A DNA stretch of 64,000 nucleotides from Candidatus Hydrogenedentota bacterium (GCA_045863295.1 BTWA01000005.1:160001-224000), one strand, 5' to 3'. Counted from the first letter of the stretch, positions 9,392-20,085 are shown. Notes: generated by a model from the sequence alone, not told the origin. Made by a program: numbers and translations.

Positions 9392-10707
9392 TGGAAGCGA
9401 AAGGCTACATGGCTGTTGCCGTGTTCGCAGTCACCTATGCGTTTGTTTTTTCTGGACGCGTGGACAAGACAATCGCTGTTATCACGGGTGCCACGGTTAT
9501 GATTCTGACCGGCTTAATCCGGCAGGGCGACGCATTTCGATCGATAGACCTGAACGTCATTTTCCTTCTGATTGGCATGATGATCATCACCCATTACCTC
9601 GCCAAGAGTGGATTTTTCGGGTACCTCGCAGTCCGAATTGCGCAGTGGGCGCGGGGATATCCGGCAGCGCTGGTTGCGCTGATGTGCGCCGCCACGGGCG
9701 TTTTGTCGTCCTTGGTTGACAACGTAACCACCGTACTGCTGGTGGCCCCCGTGACCTTTATTATCGCGCAACAGCTAGAGATTAATCCTGTGCCTTTTCT
9801 CGTCTTTGAAGTATTGGCGGCCAATATCGGAGGCACGGCTACACTGATTGGCGATCCCCCGAATATTCTCATTGGCAGTCGAGCAGGCCTCACGTTCAAC
9901 GAGTTTCTTTGGCACCTGGCGCCTATCACATTCGCGTGCCTCGCCGGTTTGATTGGCATGGCCGTATTTGTCATCGCGAAGGCTGGCCACGTTCCCCGGG
10001 CTCTGAGGCTTCGTGTAATGGAGATGCGGCCGGAAAAGGCCATCACGGATAAGGTAACGTTGGTCAAAAGTTTGACAGTGCTGGCGTTGGTGCTGGCCGC
10101 ATTCCTGCTGCATGATGTGGCCGGATTTGAGCCGGCAACCGTTGCGTTGGCCGGATCCGCCATCTTGATCTTGATTACGGATGGCAATCCCACTAAGGCC
10201 TTCGAGGCCGTAGAGTGGCCTACCCTGTTTTTTCTCATGGGACTATTCGTACTGGTCAGCGGATTGGATGCGAATGGCGTGCTTCAATGGGCGGCAGGCG
10301 AAGTTATGGGAGTCACGCAAGGCAGTTTGTGGGTAACGGCCCTTATACTGATATGGTTTTCGGCAGTACTTTCGTCCTTGATCGGAAACATTCCCTTGGT
10401 GGCGACCATGATTCCCATCGTACACGCCATGGTTCCTGTGCTGTCGAGTCAACCGGGTGCCGACGCGAAAGCGGTGTCATTCGCGCTGTGGTGGTCTCTT
10501 GCCTTGGGGGCCTGTTTCGGCGGGAATGGCAGCGTGTTTGGTGCCGCCGCAAATGTGGTGGTACTTGAGATTGCCGATCGAAGCGGTACCCCCATATCAA
10601 TGGGTACCTTTTCCCGATACAGTATTCCGGTAACGATTGCCACGTTGGCGGCCTCTTCCGCGTACGTCGTGTTGCGATACGTTGCGGGAGCAGGGCAAGC
10701 TCTATAG
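9388..10707 (+). CDS. ArsB/NhaD (SLC13/CitMHS, IT superfamily) ion transporter
   Basis: DNVTTVLL, ANIGGTATLIGDPPN, LGACFGGN...GAAAN motifs; overlaps previous stop. Confidence 0.9.
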   Translation: MMEAKGYMAVAVFAVTYAFVFSGRVDKTIAVITGATVMILTGLIRQGDAFRSIDLNVIFLLIGMMIITHYLAKSGFFGYLAVRIAQWARGYPAALVALMCAATGVLSSLVDNVTTVLLVAPVTFIIAQQLEINPVPFLVFEVLAANIGGTATLIGDPPNILIGSRAGLTFNEFLWHLAPITFACLAGLIGMAVFVIAKAGHVPRALRLRVMEMRPEKAITDKVTLVKSLTVLALVLAAFLLHDVAGFEPATVALAGSAILILITDGNPTKAFEAVEWPTLFFLMGLFVLVSGLDANGVLQWAAGEVMGVTQGSLWVTALILIWFSAVLSSLIGNIPLVATMIPIVHAMVPVLSSQPGADAKAVSFALWWSLALGACFGGNGSVFGAAANVVVLEIADRSGTPISMGTFSRYSIPVTIATLAASSAYVVLRYVAGAGQAL

Positions 10708-12198
10708 GACTCGGCTAAGCGCGTGCGCTTCGATTTCGCGATAACCCCAGCCAAAATTGCGAAGAAAAGTCGAGAACGCATCCCGCTCCGCAGCGGACTC
10801 GAACTCAAACCCAAGGAGGGCGTGTCCTACCTGTTCGCCTGTAAATGCATAGTTGAAGTAGCAGATGTTTGCTTTCCCGCTCGCATTGCGCAAAAAATCT
10901 CGTAGCGCGCCCGCGCGCTCGGGAAACTCCAGCGTAATGAATAAAGGCTTGCAGAACAGTGCCGGCTCATAATGCACCATACGAAACTCGACGTCCGTTT
11001 GCGATGTTACATCCTCACAGGGAATCCCGTGAATTGCCAACTTCGCGAGAGCGTTGTTGGCCGCATCCGGGGGCGCCTCAATCCCTATTACGGGGAAGGC
11101 CTTCTCCGCGTGGATCTTACCGTACTGAAATTCGATGATGTTGACCTCATCCAAGTCTTTTTCAAGCACCTCAAGCAACGAGCCACGCGCCTCCGATAGT
11201 TCAAGCCGCAGGTATCGCCGGGTTGCCATACCGATGCCCGCGTGCCGTGCGATCCACGCCAACTGGCCGAAATCCAGATTGGCCCCGCACAACACGGAAA
11301 GCACCCGTTTTCCCTCCAACCGGTCACGGTGTTTCAGCACGCCCGCGAGTCCCATGGCGCCGGAAGGTTCGGGTATTACCCGTTTAGACTCCCAGAGCGT
11401 CTGAATCGCCGCGCAGACTTCCTCATTGGTGACGGTAATGAATTCATCGATCAATTCGGCGCACATTGGATACGTTAGATCACCGGCTCGCTTGACCGCA
11501 GTCCCATCGCAGAATACGTCGACATGGTCAAGTGTAATCGGGCGGCCTGCGCTCACGGCCGCCGCCATGCTGGCCTGGTCTACGCCTTCCACGCCCACGA
11601 TTCGGATACCGGGGTAATAGGCTTTCAGCCAACACGCCACGGAGGCGGCCATGCCTCCTCCGCCAATCTGCAGATAGGCTGCGTCTATTGGCCCAGCCGC
11701 CATGACCACTTCGTCGGCCAGCGTGCCCTGTCCTCCCATAACCGCCCAGTCGTCATAGGGATGGATGTAGGCAAGGCCAGTGTTGTCAGCCAGCGCACGA
11801 GCTTCCAGTGCGGCGTCGTCATACGTATCCCCGGTCAAGACTACGCTTACCGCGTCGCCTCCGTGGCGGATGACGGCGACTTGTTTCATTTTTGGAGTGG
11901 ATACGGGCATGAAAATATGGGCGTGAATACCCAGTTTGCGTGCGGCGAGGGCCACGCCTTGGGCATGGTTGCCGGCGGACGCGCAGACAACGCCTTCGCG
12001 GATGGCCGGTTCGGGAAGCGTTGCCATGGCGTTGTATGCGCCACGCCACTTATAGGCATGGATTGGGGAGAGGTCCTCCCTTTTAAGCAGAACTTCCGTT
12101 GGAAACGGCAATTCGATTCGTTGCAACGGCGTGGGATCGGACACTGCGTACACGCGCTGGCGGGCCATCAGAATCTCGTTAAACAAGCGCTGGCGCAT
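10702..12198 (-). CDS. ilvA: Threonine ammonia-lyase, biosynthetic type with C-terminal regulatory repeats
   Basis: KREDL...[11 protein letters not shown] lysine, [19 protein letters not shown] regulatory motif. Confidence 0.9.
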   Translation of the reverse strand: MRQRLFNEILMARQRVYAVSDPTPLQRIELPFPTEVLLKREDLSPIHAYKWRGAYNAMATLPEPAIREGVVCASAGNHAQGVALAARKLGIHAHIFMPVSTPKMKQVAVIRHGGDAVSVVLTGDTYDDAALEARALADNTGLAYIHPYDDWAVMGGQGTLADEVVMAAGPIDAAYLQIGGGGMAASVACWLKAYYPGIRIVGVEGVDQASMAAAVSAGRPITLDHVDVFCDGTAVKRAGDLTYPMCAELIDEFITVTNEEVCAAIQTLWESKRVIPEPSGAMGLAGVLKHRDRLEGKRVLSVLCGANLDFGQLAWIARHAGIGMATRRYLRLELSEARGSLLEVLEKDLDEVNIIEFQYGKIHAEKAFPVIGIEAPPDAANNALAKLAIHGIPCEDVTSQTDVEFRMVHYEPALFCKPLFITLEFPERAGALRDFLRNASGKANICYFNYAFTGEQVGHALLGFEFESAAERDAFSTFLRNFGWGYREIEAHALSRVL

Positions 12199-12330
12199 GG
12201 CCTTTCCTCTTTCCCCTACGGTTCCTGTTACCGTACCTGAACGTATGCGTACAGGGAAAGTCCGGATAGGGGAGGATGGATTCACGCACGATCATTTGAT
12301 ACAACGGTTCCAACTGGAAAGGTGTTCACA

Positions 12331-13509
12331 ATGATTAAGCGAATCGCATCGGTGATGATAGTGGTTTCCATGAGTGCCTCGGCCCAGGAATGGGTGGACT
12401 TCACGCCTTCAACCGGTTTGGCGGGTTGGACCGTGTTTGAAGGCGCATGGAAGAGCGAAGAAGGCGAGTTTACGGGCCAAGCGGAAAGCGGAAACGAGGC
12501 CGCCATCGTGTTTGACCGCGAATTTGCCGATTTCGAATGGGAAATGGAGATACTCGCACCTGCCGCGGGTGCAGCCGAGATCGTGTTTCGCGGGCATCGA
12601 TTGCCGATTTTGCCCGTGGTTCAGCCTTCTGAAGGGGAGGTGCCCATGGGAGTCTATGGGTATAGCATTGGTGTGACAGCGGAAGAGGATGCCGTTTCGA
12701 TTGCATTTGTAGACAGGCTGCGCAAAGGAGAGTTGGTCAAGGCGAGAAAGGCGGCTATCGCTGAGTTCAAATCCGGAGAATGGAATCGCGTGGCGATTTC
12801 CGCGCAGGGGGAGAGCATCGCGGTAACCATAAACGGAACGCCCGCGCTCAGCGGCGAGAGTTCAACCTACTCCAAGGGCATTCTTGCCTTAACCACGTCT
12901 TCAGAGATTCGAGTGCGAGGGATGCGGGTTAAGGATAAGGATCGCGTTGGGGAGTGGCAACCGCTTTTCAACGGCCAGAATTTCGACGGTTGGCAGGTTT
13001 GGGGCACTGAGGAATGGGTCGTTGAGAACAGTGAGATCATAGGCCGAAGCGGCCCTGCAAAATCTGAAGGGTATCTATCCACGTTGCAGACGTGGAAAGA
13101 TTTCCATGTGCGCGGATCGTTTAAAACGCTTGGAGAAGGCAACTACGGGCTCTTTTTTCATTCGACTATTGCGTACGACGACAAGAACTATCCTGTGATC
13201 ACGGGGATCCAAGGAGAGGTCGAGCCGGGATACCCGGGATCGAGCGGTTGGCTGTACGAGAGCTACAAGCGCGGCTGGCTGGTGGAGCCCGACAAGGCGA
13301 CCCTGCCTGCCTACGCCTTGCGCGTGGGGGAGTGGAATGAAATTGAAATCATGAGTAAGGGAAACCGCATGGTCACATGGGTTAACGGTGTAAACGTCAT
13401 GGATTGGCGCGACCCTGCGCCGAATGTCGTTGAAGGATCGTTTGCGCTTCAACTTCACGCGGGAGGAGTGGACGGTATCATGTGGAAAGACATTTACGTC
13501 AAGAAGTGA
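12331..13509 (+). CDS. Secreted protein with two DUF1080 (3-keto-disaccharide hydrolase-like) domains
   Basis: Signal peptide; LFNGQNFDGW, GEWNEIEI, G.FALQLH motifs. Confidence 0.85.
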   Translation: MIKRIASVMIVVSMSASAQEWVDFTPSTGLAGWTVFEGAWKSEEGEFTGQAESGNEAAIVFDREFADFEWEMEILAPAAGAAEIVFRGHRLPILPVVQPSEGEVPMGVYGYSIGVTAEEDAVSIAFVDRLRKGELVKARKAAIAEFKSGEWNRVAISAQGESIAVTINGTPALSGESSTYSKGILALTTSSEIRVRGMRVKDKDRVGEWQPLFNGQNFDGWQVWGTEEWVVENSEIIGRSGPAKSEGYLSTLQTWKDFHVRGSFKTLGEGNYGLFFHSTIAYDDKNYPVITGIQGEVEPGYPGSSGWLYESYKRGWLVEPDKATLPAYALRVGEWNEIEIMSKGNRMVTWVNGVNVMDWRDPAPNVVEGSFALQLHAGGVDGIMWKDIYVKK

Positions 13510-13576
13510 GTCAAAACATGACATGCCGATCCCTGGATCAGGCACCGCAAATGCGATTGACGCAAGGAGTCTTGGC

Positions 13577-14935
13577 GTGGAAATCAGAAAGTTGCTTTTT
13601 CTGTTTTTGGCTGTCGCCGCACCTCAGGCGTTCGGTGAAATGAAAACCGGTGTTGGCATCTCTGTGATTACCCCGCACGAAGATATGTGGATGTCGGGAT
13701 ACGCGTCTCGTAAAGAACCATCGTCAGGGAAAATCCACGACCTTTATGGAAAGGCGCTGGCCATTGACGATGGCGCGGGCAGCCGAGTGGTTGTTGTCAC
13801 CACGGACCTGATTGGGTTGCCATCGGCCATTTCGGACCGGGTGGCGGAGGCCGCGAAGGCCAAGCACGGGATCGAGCGATCGGGTCTGATGCTTACGTCA
13901 TCCCATACGCATTGCGGCCCCGTTGTGCGTGGAAACCTGATGAGCATGTACGCCCTGGACGAGGTTCAAGGCAAGAAGGTCGCCTTGTACGCGGAATTTC
14001 TCGTTGAGGCGTTGAACAAGGCCGTGGATGAGGCAATCGCAAACCTACGGCCGGGCGAGTTGCACTGGGGGCACGGCCATGCGACTTTCGCGAAAAACCG
14101 GCGCCAGTACACGGTGGGCGGGCTTGTGAACGGCATCAACCCTATCGGCCCTGTGGACCATGATGTGCCCTTACTGGTGGCACGCAATGGAGATGGTTCA
14201 ATTAAGGCCGTATTGTTTGGGTATGCCTGTCACAACACCACGCTGAGTTTCCAACAAATCTGCGGCGACTACGCTGGTTTCGCGCAGGCCTACATACAGG
14301 AGAATATACCGGGCGCAACGGCACTGTTTGCCATGGGGTGCGGCGCTGACGCAAACCCGCAGCCGCGAGGCAAACTCGAATTGGCACAACAGCACGGAAC
14401 TGAATTGGGTAAAGCTGTCTTGGAAGGTTTGGAAGGTGAACTGAAATCGATTTCCGGTCCGATACACGCCGCGTTTGAGGAAACAGCATTGCCGCTGACG
14501 CCTCCCCCCACGCGCGAAGAAGTCGAGGCGCAGCTCAACGACAAAGACGTTTACATTCAGCGACGGGCCCAATGGTTGTTGGAATCCATCGACCGCGATG
14601 GACCGCTCAAGGCCAGCTATCCTTGCCCGGTACAAGTGTGGCGTTTTGGAAACGACTTGCAGATAACTGCCCTTGGCGGTGAGGTCGTAGTCGATTATGC
14701 TCTTCGCATCAAGTATGAATTGGGCCAGGACAATCAGTTTGTAGTCGCGTATGCAAACGACGTATTCGCTTATGTGCCTTCGCTGCGTATCCTGCGCGAG
14801 GGCGGCTACGAGGGCGACACATCGATGATTTACTATGGATTGTACGGTCCCTGGGCTCCGGAAGTGGAAGATACCTTGCTCGATGCCGTCAGGCGATTGA
14901 CAAAGCAGACGGGTGGGAAACTGTTGGAACAATGA
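13577..14935 (+). CDS. Secreted neutral/alkaline ceramidase-like protein
   Basis: SHTHCGP, NRR, YACH.T, GDY.G, GGYE motifs; AAGGAG RBS before GTG. Confidence 0.8.
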   Translation: MEIRKLLFLFLAVAAPQAFGEMKTGVGISVITPHEDMWMSGYASRKEPSSGKIHDLYGKALAIDDGAGSRVVVVTTDLIGLPSAISDRVAEAAKAKHGIERSGLMLTSSHTHCGPVVRGNLMSMYALDEVQGKKVALYAEFLVEALNKAVDEAIANLRPGELHWGHGHATFAKNRRQYTVGGLVNGINPIGPVDHDVPLLVARNGDGSIKAVLFGYACHNTTLSFQQICGDYAGFAQAYIQENIPGATALFAMGCGADANPQPRGKLELAQQHGTELGKAVLEGLEGELKSISGPIHAAFEETALPLTPPPTREEVEAQLNDKDVYIQRRAQWLLESIDRDGPLKASYPCPVQVWRFGNDLQITALGGEVVVDYALRIKYELGQDNQFVVAYANDVFAYVPSLRILREGGYEGDTSMIYYGLYGPWAPEVEDTLLDAVRRLTKQTGGKLLEQ

Positions 14936-14983
14936 CTTATCGAATTCCGGTTCGAAGTTCGATGCGTGACAGGGAGACGTCAA

Positions 14984-16354
14984 ATGCATAGGGCACTTGC
15001 TGTGACGGCGTTGGCCGTCTGGATGGCCTCAGCGTCTGCCCAATCGACGATTTCTGTGGCCTATTTCGAAATCGATGTGACGCCGCCGATTGGCACCCCT
15101 TTGTGTGGCGGGTCAGTCAAGCCCGCCATGGCAATAGATGATCCGTTGAGCGCGCGCGGCCTTGTCTTACTGCCGAAGAATCAGGCGGCCATAGTCTTGT
15201 GTGCGGTAGATTGGGTCGGGATTGCCAACGCAAGCTACGACGATTGGCGTGGAGCGCTGGCCTCGGCGGCGGACACAACTCCGGAGCGGGTAGCCGTGCA
15301 CACCCTTCACCAACACGATGCGCCGTTCGTCGATCAATCCACCGAGGAACTGATCGCGGCTTATGGTCTCGGCGGGCAGATGTACGATGTGGCGGCGGCG
15401 TCTGACTCTATTCAGCGCGCGGCCAAAGCCGTGTCCGACGCTGTTCTCGCGGCCGTTCCAGTAACCCATGTGAGCACAGGTAAAGCAGTGGTGGACCGAG
15501 TTGCATCGAATCGCCGAATCCTTGGCGAGGACGGCCGGGTGGAGCATGTGCGCTGGACTGCGACGGCCGACTCCAAAGTGAGAGCCTTTGGTGTGGGCAC
15601 GATTGACCCTTACGTGCGTTGCATTGGCCTATGGAACGAAGGCGCACCCGTTGCCGCTTTGACCTACTATGCCACACACCCGCAGAGCAACTATGGTAGG
15701 GGGCGTGTAAGCGCGGATTTTGTGGGAATGGCGCGAAGCATGTTGGAACACGAATTGCCCGGTGTCAAGGTGGTTCACTTTAATGGCGCCGGTGGAAATG
15801 TCGGCGCGGGAAAATACAACAACGGTGCCATCGAAAACCGGACTGTCTTGGCGGAGCGGCTGTTTGAAGGCATGCGGCTCGCGTGGGAGTTCGGCGAACG
15901 AACGCCCGTATCCGCAGCCGATGTGACATGGCTTGTCCACTCAGTCGCGCTTCCTCTTCGCGACGATGTGGACGAGAATCATGAGCGGGTACGATTGGCG
16001 GACGAAGCCCTGAAACCCGGTGAACGGGAGCAAGCCGCACACGAAATTGTCTGGATGGAACGTGTAAGGCAGGGACACAAGATCGATCTGAGCCTGCTAA
16101 ACATAGGCCCCGCATCAATTCTGCATATGCCGGGCGAACTTTTTGTCGAGTATCAATTGGCCGCGCAAGCGATGCGACCCGAGGGGTTTGTAGCCATGGC
16201 TTCCTATGGTGAATATGGGCCCGGCTACATTGGCACGCGCATAGCGTACACTCAAGGTGGGTACGAAGACGCTGTATATGTATCCCGTACCGCGCCCAAG
16301 GTGGAGGTTGTCTTGCTTGAAGGAATGCGGGCTCTTTTAGAGCAGTCTCGATAA
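14984..16354 (+). CDS. Secreted ceramidase-fold-like hypothetical protein
   Basis: DVTPP.G, HQHDAP, SNRR, YATHP, PGELF, GGYE motifs paralleling the upstream gene. Confidence 0.7.
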   Translation: MHRALAVTALAVWMASASAQSTISVAYFEIDVTPPIGTPLCGGSVKPAMAIDDPLSARGLVLLPKNQAAIVLCAVDWVGIANASYDDWRGALASAADTTPERVAVHTLHQHDAPFVDQSTEELIAAYGLGGQMYDVAAASDSIQRAAKAVSDAVLAAVPVTHVSTGKAVVDRVASNRRILGEDGRVEHVRWTATADSKVRAFGVGTIDPYVRCIGLWNEGAPVAALTYYATHPQSNYGRGRVSADFVGMARSMLEHELPGVKVVHFNGAGGNVGAGKYNNGAIENRTVLAERLFEGMRLAWEFGERTPVSAADVTWLVHSVALPLRDDVDENHERVRLADEALKPGEREQAAHEIVWMERVRQGHKIDLSLLNIGPASILHMPGELFVEYQLAAQAMRPEGFVAMASYGEYGPGYIGTRIAYTQGGYEDAVYVSRTAPKVEVVLLEGMRALLEQSR

Positions 16355-16433
16355 CAGCAAACAGTTTAAATTTGTACCTGCACGGTATACTCTTGTGACC
16401 ATCAAGGGCAGCACAACATAGGAGGATCGCGCG

Positions 16434-16583
16434 ATGCCGATGCTGAGGCGCAGTACCGTTCGCAGTGTTGGGGGCAGCATATTTGCGATTGTAGTTCTGG
16501 TGATTGGCGTGGCCATTGCAGCAGCGCTGTTAGGGATTAACATTCCGGGATTGAACATCATTTCCAGTGCGCTTGGGTTTTGA
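16434..16583 (+). CDS. Small membrane protein (49 aa), below the ORF-track cutoff
   Basis: AGGAGG RBS; MPMLRRSTVRSVGGSIFAIVVLVIGVAIAAALLGINIPGLNIISSALGF; stop 2 nt before next ATG. Confidence 0.7.
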   Translation: MPMLRRSTVRSVGGSIFAIVVLVIGVAIAAALLGINIPGLNIISSALGF

Positions 16584-16585
16584 GT

Positions 16586-17707
16586 ATGCGTATTGAACAC
16601 TTTGTATTTGCTACTTGCGCATGTCTGTGCATCGGACCGGCAGTTGCGGCGGACCCGGCACCGGCAGAGAATTTTTCAGTCGTACCGGTCATGCGTGAAC
16701 GGTTCGACGCATTGGGCCGCTCTCTCCGGTTCTGGGGTGGTGGCCCCGACGAGTTTGACGCCTGGTCTCGTGTAGCGCGGCCGATGCTTGAGTGGACTAT
16801 TGGCCTGGACACTATGAAGACATGCGCACTGAACCCGGCCGTGTCTGAGCGGGTTGACGCGGGTGACCATTGGCGCGAACGCGTGGTAATCCAGGTGGAG
16901 CCCGGCTTACACATGCCCGTCTTCGTGCTTATTCCAAAGTCCGGCGATGCTCCTTTTCCCGTCGTCATTGCACCGCACGGCCATGGGGGGGGCGGCAAAA
17001 CGGCTGTTGCAGGAGTGGCTAGCACGCCCGAAGTGGGCAAGGCCATTGAGAGCTTTAACTACGACTACGGTTTGGATTTTGTGCGGGCCGGGTTCATCGT
17101 GTTTTGCCCGGATGCCCGTGGATTTGGAGAGCGCCAAGAGGACATCGTGAAGGGAGATCCCATTCGCCATTCCTGCCAGTGGATCAATAATATGGCGATG
17201 CCATTGGGGCAAACAGTCACGGGCATGTGGGTGTGGGATCTAAAGCGGCTTGCGGATTATGTGGAGACGCGGCCGGATTGCGATTCAAGACGAATTGGAT
17301 GTGCCGGGCTTAGCGGAGGCGGCCTGCAAACGTTGTGGTTCACGGCTCTGGACGAACGTGTGAAAGCCGCCGTCGTGAGCGGGTACTTTTATGGCGTGCG
17401 AGAATCTCTGTTGGATATGCACCAGAATTGTTCCTGCAACTACGTCCCGCATTTGTGGGAAATCGCGGACCACGGGGACTTGGGTTCGCTCATTGCACCG
17501 AGGCCGTTAATGATTCAGACGGGCGACGAAGATTCCCTAAACGGAGCGAGCAATCTGGACAACGTCCGGCCGCAAGTTGCGATCGCGCTGGAAGGCTACA
17601 AGTCTTTCAACGGGGAGGGCGCGCTGGTTCACGACATTTTTCACGGACCTCACCGTTGGGATTCTACCAACAGCGTGCCGTTTCTGGTGAAGGCATTGCA
17701 GCCGTAA
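16586..17707 (+). CDS. Secreted alpha/beta hydrolase (acetylxylan esterase/dienelactone hydrolase-like)
   Basis: GLSGGG nucleophile elbow, PHGHG, LIAPRPL; signal peptide. Confidence 0.85.
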   Translation: MRIEHFVFATCACLCIGPAVAADPAPAENFSVVPVMRERFDALGRSLRFWGGGPDEFDAWSRVARPMLEWTIGLDTMKTCALNPAVSERVDAGDHWRERVVIQVEPGLHMPVFVLIPKSGDAPFPVVIAPHGHGGGGKTAVAGVASTPEVGKAIESFNYDYGLDFVRAGFIVFCPDARGFGERQEDIVKGDPIRHSCQWINNMAMPLGQTVTGMWVWDLKRLADYVETRPDCDSRRIGCAGLSGGGLQTLWFTALDERVKAAVVSGYFYGVRESLLDMHQNCSCNYVPHLWEIADHGDLGSLIAPRPLMIQTGDEDSLNGASNLDNVRPQVAIALEGYKSFNGEGALVHDIFHGPHRWDSTNSVPFLVKALQP

Positions 17708-17735
17708 TCGGGCTTGGGACTGGCGCGGGATCTTC

Positions 17736-19871
17736 ATGACGCGACCGCAATCGACATCTCAACCGACGCGCGACACAAAGCGCGTCGAAGTATTCTTCCA
17801 GTGCATTTTGTGTGGAACAGCCTTTGTGTACGTGGAATCTCTTCGTGCCCACCGGTCCGCCTTCTGGCATGGCCTGCCCCTGAATGAAATGGGTGGCATG
17901 ATTTTGGGGGCAGGAGCTTACGCGGCTGTCGTGGCTTGTCTCTATTTCACGCTGATGCCTGTCCGTTGGTGCTTGTCTAGCAATAGTCGAACGAGTACTG
18001 CCGCAGTTCCATTAAGTCTGAGCCTCTCCGCCGCAACTTGTTGGCTGACGGTGACCATACTTGCGAACGGTGCGATGCGCCTGTCGGACCTGTGCGCGTC
18101 AGCCATGATTGCGGCGTCGCCTGTTTTGGTTTTGTGGGTTGTTCGTTTAACAGGCACCACTCGCTTGGCCGCAATCGGATCCGCGATCGTTATTCTTGTT
18201 GCTGGAATAGTCGCACAGACCGTGGTTGCCCATGTCTATGTCCACCGCCTCGATGTCAGACCGTTGTACGTAACCGCGGGACCGGCAATCTGGATGGTTC
18301 TTGGCGCCCTCATGTTCTTCTTGTTGTTGACATGGCAAAACCGCCTGGCCGTCTCCATTCCACGTCGGATGACTGCAACGGGGAAGGTTGTGTGGACGGT
18401 AGCCGCCATAGTGTATGTGAGTGTTCCAGTTGCAGCCACTCGCTTTGCCGCATTTGCCGTCAAGGCACCCCAAGCCGACGCGCCGCCCAATCTCGTTATC
18501 GTCACCTGCGATGCCTTACGTGCCGATTGGATGAGTGCTTATGGCGGTCCCGTGCCCACACCGAATGCCGACACATTGTCGAGTCGTGGCGTGCTCTTTG
18601 ATCGCGCATATTCGCTGGCTCCGTGGACGATACCGTCCATGCACGGCATGTTTTCGTCGACTTATCCGTTCGGATTGACCCCTGGCGCAAGCTTTGACCA
18701 GTGGAAAGAAGAGGTAGGCCGATACGCCTTTCCAGACGCACCTACGCTCGCGGAAGTAATTCGCAGCAATGGGTACGCCACCGCCGCATTCACCGGCAAT
18801 CCCCTCTTGGGCGATCCAGAGGGAATCATGCGCGGCTTTCAAATTACGGCCAGCTACCCGGCACATGCGCCAGTGCGTGTGAGCCGATGGTCGCAGTTAC
18901 CCTACATGGAATCGCTGCTATTTCGATTCTGGCCGGGTGCAGTGGACTTGCGGCCGGTAGACTCCACGGCTGTGCTCACGACATTGGCCAGGACATTTAT
19001 CCAGCAGAATGCCTCCCGGCCCTTTTTACTTTGGGTTCACATGCTTGACCCCCACGACCCGTACGACCCGCCCCAAGCGCTCCGAGGCCCCGAGCGCGGG
19101 CCGTGGCCATTATTCAGCCCGCTTGCCCCCTACTACGGCACGCCACAACTTGACGACCACGGCAATATTGAATTGAGCCACGCGGAACAGAATTACGTTC
19201 GGGCGCTCTACGCGGCCGATATTCGATATGCGGATGCCGGTCTGGGCCGCATTTTGGATGCCCTCTCGGAGTGGGGCCTGGATTCAAACACCTATGTCGT
19301 GCTGTCGGCGGATCACGGCGAAGAAATGTGGGACCATGGCCGGTTCAACCATGGACAAAGCCTCTTTGATGAGTTGGTTCGAGTACCGCTCATCGTATCC
19401 GGTCCCGGGTTGGAGAAAGGCAGAGTCCAAACGCCGGTATCCGCGATAGACGTGATGCCGACCCTCGCGGATCTTTTGGGGATTGCCGCGCCCCCTGAAT
19501 GGCAGGGAATGAGCCTTGAATCATCGCTTCTCAACCCAATAGAAGGCGCAGAAGGGCGGCCGGTGATGGCTTTGGGCACAAACCGGTACGCCTGGCCCAA
19601 TGTTTACCACATGATTGTGGACAGTCGGTGGAAGCTGATTCATGAACTTACCGGGGACACCATTTCATTGTACGATTTGGCTTCAGATCCCGGCGAACAG
19701 GCCGATTTGAGCGGCCGCCAACCTGAGACTGCGGCAAGGCTCTTGGAAAGCCTGGAAGAGTGGCGACTCCAATTCCCGCTGGAGTTCACGGCCGCCGATG
19801 GCGCGACCGGCGAGACTTCCGAGACCAGTGATTTGCTTGAGAGGATAAGGTCAATGGGCTATGTAAGGTAA
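17736..19871 (+). CDS. Membrane-anchored sulfatase-like (alkaline phosphatase superfamily) protein
   Basis: Several N-terminal TM helices; D.LRAD, WTIPS, DPHDPY, ADHGEE motifs. Confidence 0.85.
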   Translation: MTRPQSTSQPTRDTKRVEVFFQCILCGTAFVYVESLRAHRSAFWHGLPLNEMGGMILGAGAYAAVVACLYFTLMPVRWCLSSNSRTSTAAVPLSLSLSAATCWLTVTILANGAMRLSDLCASAMIAASPVLVLWVVRLTGTTRLAAIGSAIVILVAGIVAQTVVAHVYVHRLDVRPLYVTAGPAIWMVLGALMFFLLLTWQNRLAVSIPRRMTATGKVVWTVAAIVYVSVPVAATRFAAFAVKAPQADAPPNLVIVTCDALRADWMSAYGGPVPTPNADTLSSRGVLFDRAYSLAPWTIPSMHGMFSSTYPFGLTPGASFDQWKEEVGRYAFPDAPTLAEVIRSNGYATAAFTGNPLLGDPEGIMRGFQITASYPAHAPVRVSRWSQLPYMESLLFRFWPGAVDLRPVDSTAVLTTLARTFIQQNASRPFLLWVHMLDPHDPYDPPQALRGPERGPWPLFSPLAPYYGTPQLDDHGNIELSHAEQNYVRALYAADIRYADAGLGRILDALSEWGLDSNTYVVLSADHGEEMWDHGRFNHGQSLFDELVRVPLIVSGPGLEKGRVQTPVSAIDVMPTLADLLGIAAPPEWQGMSLESSLLNPIEGAEGRPVMALGTNRYAWPNVYHMIVDSRWKLIHELTGDTISLYDLASDPGEQADLSGRQPETAARLLESLEEWRLQFPLEFTAADGATGETSETSDLLERIRSMGYVR

Positions 19872-20023
19872 TGCCTCCCAGAATGTTGCATGGGGTACTC
19901 GAGTGCCCGCGTGCACGATGGTACATCAGATAAGCCTATTGTTGACCTGAACCGTTCCTCAAACGGTTTGGAGTTGTAAAAGCACCCGCAAGGATTTACG
20001 ACTCCTTGATTTCCGGCAAAGTC

Positions 20024-20032
20024 TGGTAAAAT
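20024..20032 (+). promoter_or_regulatory. Possible extended -10 promoter for the pilin-like cluster
   Basis: TGGTAAAAT matches TGnTAnAAT, about 55 nt before the ATG at 20086. Confidence 0.35.
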
Positions 20033-20085
20033 GTCAATTGGGACCGAACCGGGATCCTGGTGGATGCCTCACAGGAGAGGATTTT

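Noticed and set aside
10702..10707. Overlapping convergent stop codons (CTATAG)
   Set aside because: Ordinary tight gene packing
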